Origin: Pseudovirgaria hyperparasitica
Lineage: Eukaryota
Assembly: GCA_010093815.1 (NCBI GenBank)
Contig: ML996566.1
Length of the DNA: 64,000 bases
Reading direction: 5' to 3' (one strand)
Within the stretch, counting starts at the first letter, position 1, and the number at the start of each line of letters is the position of its first letter. The position numbers and the translations under genes were made by a program. A model generated the notes under the pieces. That model had not been told where the DNA came from. It saw only the letters and a program-made list of their open reading frames with translations, and made no database searches. This document shows, in pieces, positions 60,719 to 64,000 of the stretch.

Positions 60719-61710
60719 GGGATGATGCTGTTGTCTGGAACGTGTCTGGCACGAAGGTTTGGGTTGCGCGGGTGTGCATGATGGAAGGTGAGTTATGATG
60801 TCGGCGCAGCGGCATCAATTGAAGATCCTCGGAAAGAGGTGGTGTTAGTGCGAGGGGTCGGAGGGTGATGTCAAAGGCTGGGACTGGCTGAGGATACAGA
60901 GCTGTCGCGCGAGGAGGGGGATGATGCCTTGCGGTGGCGCTAGATAGAAGTTTAGAGGTAGATGTTCCGGATCCAAGAAGTCTACTATTGACATGCACGA
61001 GCATTAGAAGCCATCTTGATAGTGTGTTCTGTGACCTCCTGTATCTCAGTATCTGTCGTTGTCAAGCTCTGGGAGCTGTCAAGAAAGGGCTGATTGCATG
61101 TTGAAGCCGCCCGGCAAGAGAACATGGTAGAGCGGAGCCACAGTCCATAAGGAGAGCCGTGTATAGATATAGCAAATTGGTGTTGTATAATGCTTTCCAC
61201 CTTTGCATCAGCACAGCCGGAGGACACCAGGGGTTCAGGCCTGAGGCGCCGAGTGACGTTGAAGGCCCGAAGCAGCTAGACCAGAAGTCAGACAGTCAGG
61301 CGGCAAGGCAGGAAGTGGGGCCAAGCTAGCTCTGTTGACTCCACAACTTCGACAGCTCCAATCTACAGCTCTCGCGTTCCTGGAGCTGCAGCTGTCAAAA
61401 CTTTAATATTCTCTCTCTCGGTCCACTTCAAGTCTACAAACGCCCAAATCGTGTGTACGACGTCTCTGTCAAGCTGGTTTTCTCTCTCTCTCTCGTGAGC
61501 TTCTCCGATTGAGCCCCTAGGTAAGGGTGTTCTTTGACCTGCGCGATCGCTTTGAGCTCCATCATGGCCTTCAACCAGCCCTCGGGCTGCCTTGAAGCTG
61601 AGAAGGTTGCTCATTCCCTCCCTCGATGTTCAGCGTCGCTAACGCTATCCAGCTCCGTCCTGTGTGCTTGACTGAGAGTATATCTTGAGTGTGACCTCGT
61701 CGTAGCCATC

Positions 61711-63026
61711 ATGACCGACCCTACCTCTGTCCGCAGACCATTCCCGCAGTCCGATACCGAGTTCGCAGATGACGAGCGCGTCTCCTTCTCCCAGGCCGAC
61801 AACGCCTACATTCTTGAAGCTGAAGACCAGACCGAGTGGATCTTCAACGATGCTGCGAAGAAGTGGATGCCTCAGGTGAGGCATTATGTTGCGCACAATA
61901 GCGTGTTCACTTGCGCTAGCGCTGTGCTGACATTGGCGCACAGATCGATGAAGAAGAAAAGGAGCAGCAGATGCAGGCCTATCATGTGCCGGGCGTAGCT
62001 GAAGATGAGCCTGCCGTCTCCAACAAGAAGCGCAAGCAAGATGCCGACGTATGTGCTCACCTTCCAGCCTTTACGACCGCCTTAACAAAGTGATAGGGCG
62101 ACCAGGCTGGTAGTAAGAAGAAGCGCACTGAGCCCGAGCGCAAGAACACCGCTGTCTACGTTACCAAGATCCCACTGGATGCTACTGTAGAGGAGATTCA
62201 CAACGTGTTCTCCAAGTGTGGCATGATCGCCAAGAGCGTGGACACGGATGAGAGCCGAATCAAGATGTACGAGGATGAGGAGGGCCATTTCAAGGGCGAC
62301 GCACTCATCTCTTATTTCCGCGAGGAGTCCGTGTCGCTTGCCATCAAGATGCTTGACGACGCACCGTTTCGCTTTGGCGCTCCAAAGGAGCAGGAGAATA
62401 TGCGCGTCACCGCGGCCGATTTCTCGTACAAGAAGGAGAAGGGCGTCAAGGACGGCGAGGATGGCGCAAAGCCGAAGAGTAACAAGATCAAGCGCAAGAT
62501 CCAGCAGCAGTACACCAGCATGGCCGCGTATGTGTTGCTCACCAGAAAACACGACGTGTCTTCTCACACTGACCGATCCAACAGCAAGCTCGCAGACTGG
62601 GACGACGACGATCCGCAGACTCTCCAACAGACATCGTCGCGCTTCGACAAAGTCGTCGTCATGAAGCACATGTTCACCCTCCACGAGCTCGAGGAAGACC
62701 CGGCCGCGCTTCTCGACATCAAAGAGGAAATCCGCGAGGACTGCGCCAACTACGGCACCGTGACCAACGTCGTCCTCTTCGACAAGGAGCCCGCCGGCGT
62801 GGTGACGGTGCGGTTTGGCACGGCGGAGGCGGCGCGCGCATGCGTGGCCAAGTGCGACGGCCGCTCCTTTGCCGGCCGCTTCGTCGAGGCGTACATTGCC
62901 GACGGCTCGGAGCGCTTCCGCAAGACGAGCAACCATGCCCGCACCGACGAGGACGAGGCGGAGGAGGAGGCGCGGCTGGAGAAGTTTGGCGACTGGCTCG
63001 AGGCGCAGGAGGCTGAGCAGCGATAG
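61711..63026 (+). CDS. CUS2: U2 snRNP-associated splicing factor Cus2/Uap2/HTATSF1 (RRM + UHM)
   Basis: KNTAVYVTKIPLDAT.EEI..VFSKCGMIA..IKMYEDEEGHFKGDALISY..ESV.LAI; KLADWDDD; VVVMKHMFTL.EL..D..L.DIKEEIREDC. Introns near 61877-61943, 62049-62096, 62528-62584. Confidence 0.9.
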
Positions 63027-63168
63027 GGGCTTGGTCCTGGCTGCCTCTGATATAACCTTCCTTTCTTCTCCCTTGTGTCTTTGTGTGTAACTAGCGGGGC
63101 ATTCTGGCAGCAGTGGCGGCAGAGGTGGCAGCAGCGACGGTGTTGTCGGCGTCCTGGGTGTTTGGTTC

Positions 63169-63355
63169 TGGATAGGATAGGATGGGACAGGGTGGGACAG
63201 GCAGGGTAGGGTAGGATAGGACAGCGTAGCATTTCCGTGGCGCCCTGAATACACATACACACATCCATGCAATCGTATACACATTCAAACCCGCGGCCTC
63301 CTCTGTTGGAACGGATGAACGGATGAATGGATGAACGGATGAACGAATGAATGAT
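63169..63355. repeat. Low-complexity tandem repeats (GGATA/GGACA/GGGTA pentamers; GGATGAAC octamers)
   Basis: Direct read downstream of CUS2. Confidence 0.7.
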
Positions 63356-64000
63356 AAAAACACACAGCACAAAACCCATCAGCGCATGAGACTTGACTCC
63401 TCAATCTCTACAGGTATCCAAGACAGAAATGATTATTGTGGGGAAAATAGAGAGAAGAGAAGGAAGAAGGAAGAGGCAGGTTAATTGGATTCGATGTAAT
63501 GGATTGTGATGGAGGAGACGCTTTGTTGACTGTTTGGTCATATACATGTATTGCCCCGGGTGGGTGTTGGCGTTTTATCTATTTTCTTATAAACCTATTA
63601 GGATGGAATGGGATGGAATAAGAGAAGAGAAGGAAGGGCTGTTTTGAGTCATGCTTATTTATGTATCCATCTACTCATTCAATAATCTATTCGTTGCGCC
63701 GTGTATACACACACAAGTATAGTATAGTCTACCCAAACAGCGCGACTTGAGTTGCAGGAGAGAGTGTGTGAGAGGTAGATAACCGGAGCGATACTCGAGG
63801 TAGAATGTACTTTCATGTTCGCAAGCTAAGCGTTTGGGGTTTATTGAGTATACAAGAATTCAATAGTTGAAGAATCCAATAATTTAAGAATTTGGGAATT
63901 TCAAGATTCTATGCCCAAAAAAAGGAAAGAAAAGAAAAGAGTGGTCGAAGTGCGATGAGGGTTTGAGATGCTTCAATCGAGGCTACTACTTGCCTAGATA

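Noticed and set aside
62082..63379. 400-aa and 209-aa antisense ORFs over CUS2 (also antisense ORFs over DIS3, the DHCR24-like gene, MFS and ADH)
   Set aside because: Shadow ORFs expected from high GC3 codon bias; no independent motifs.

Overview
Eukaryotic DNA from a filamentous ascomycete (Pezizomycotina): short GT-AG introns with CTRAC/CTAAY branch points and microsatellite-rich intergenic regions. About 18 protein-coding genes are supportable. Housekeeping genes: Npl6/Rsc7, V-ATPase subunit H, Dis3/Rrp44, a G-patch protein, Syn8 SNARE, a RING-TRAF zinc-finger protein, a DHCR24-like FAD oxidoreductase, a 2552-aa coiled-coil protein, an MFS transporter, a La-motif/LARP1-like protein and Cus2/HTATSF1. 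The accessory-looking stretch at about 51.8-60.7 kb holds an RGS-LOV-type blue-light photoreceptor, a Zn alcohol dehydrogenase and a divergent pair of secreted proteins. That pair is a multi-domain SGNH hydrolase and a small signal-peptide protein with a deaminase-like Zn motif (HxxxxxCGE...PC..C); it is the best candidate for an undescribed secreted toxin/effector system. The giant coiled-coil protein carries PAM2-like motifs and six helical repeats. No tRNA, rRNA, CRISPR array or intact transposon was recognised. All family assignments are from motifs read by eye, with no database search.
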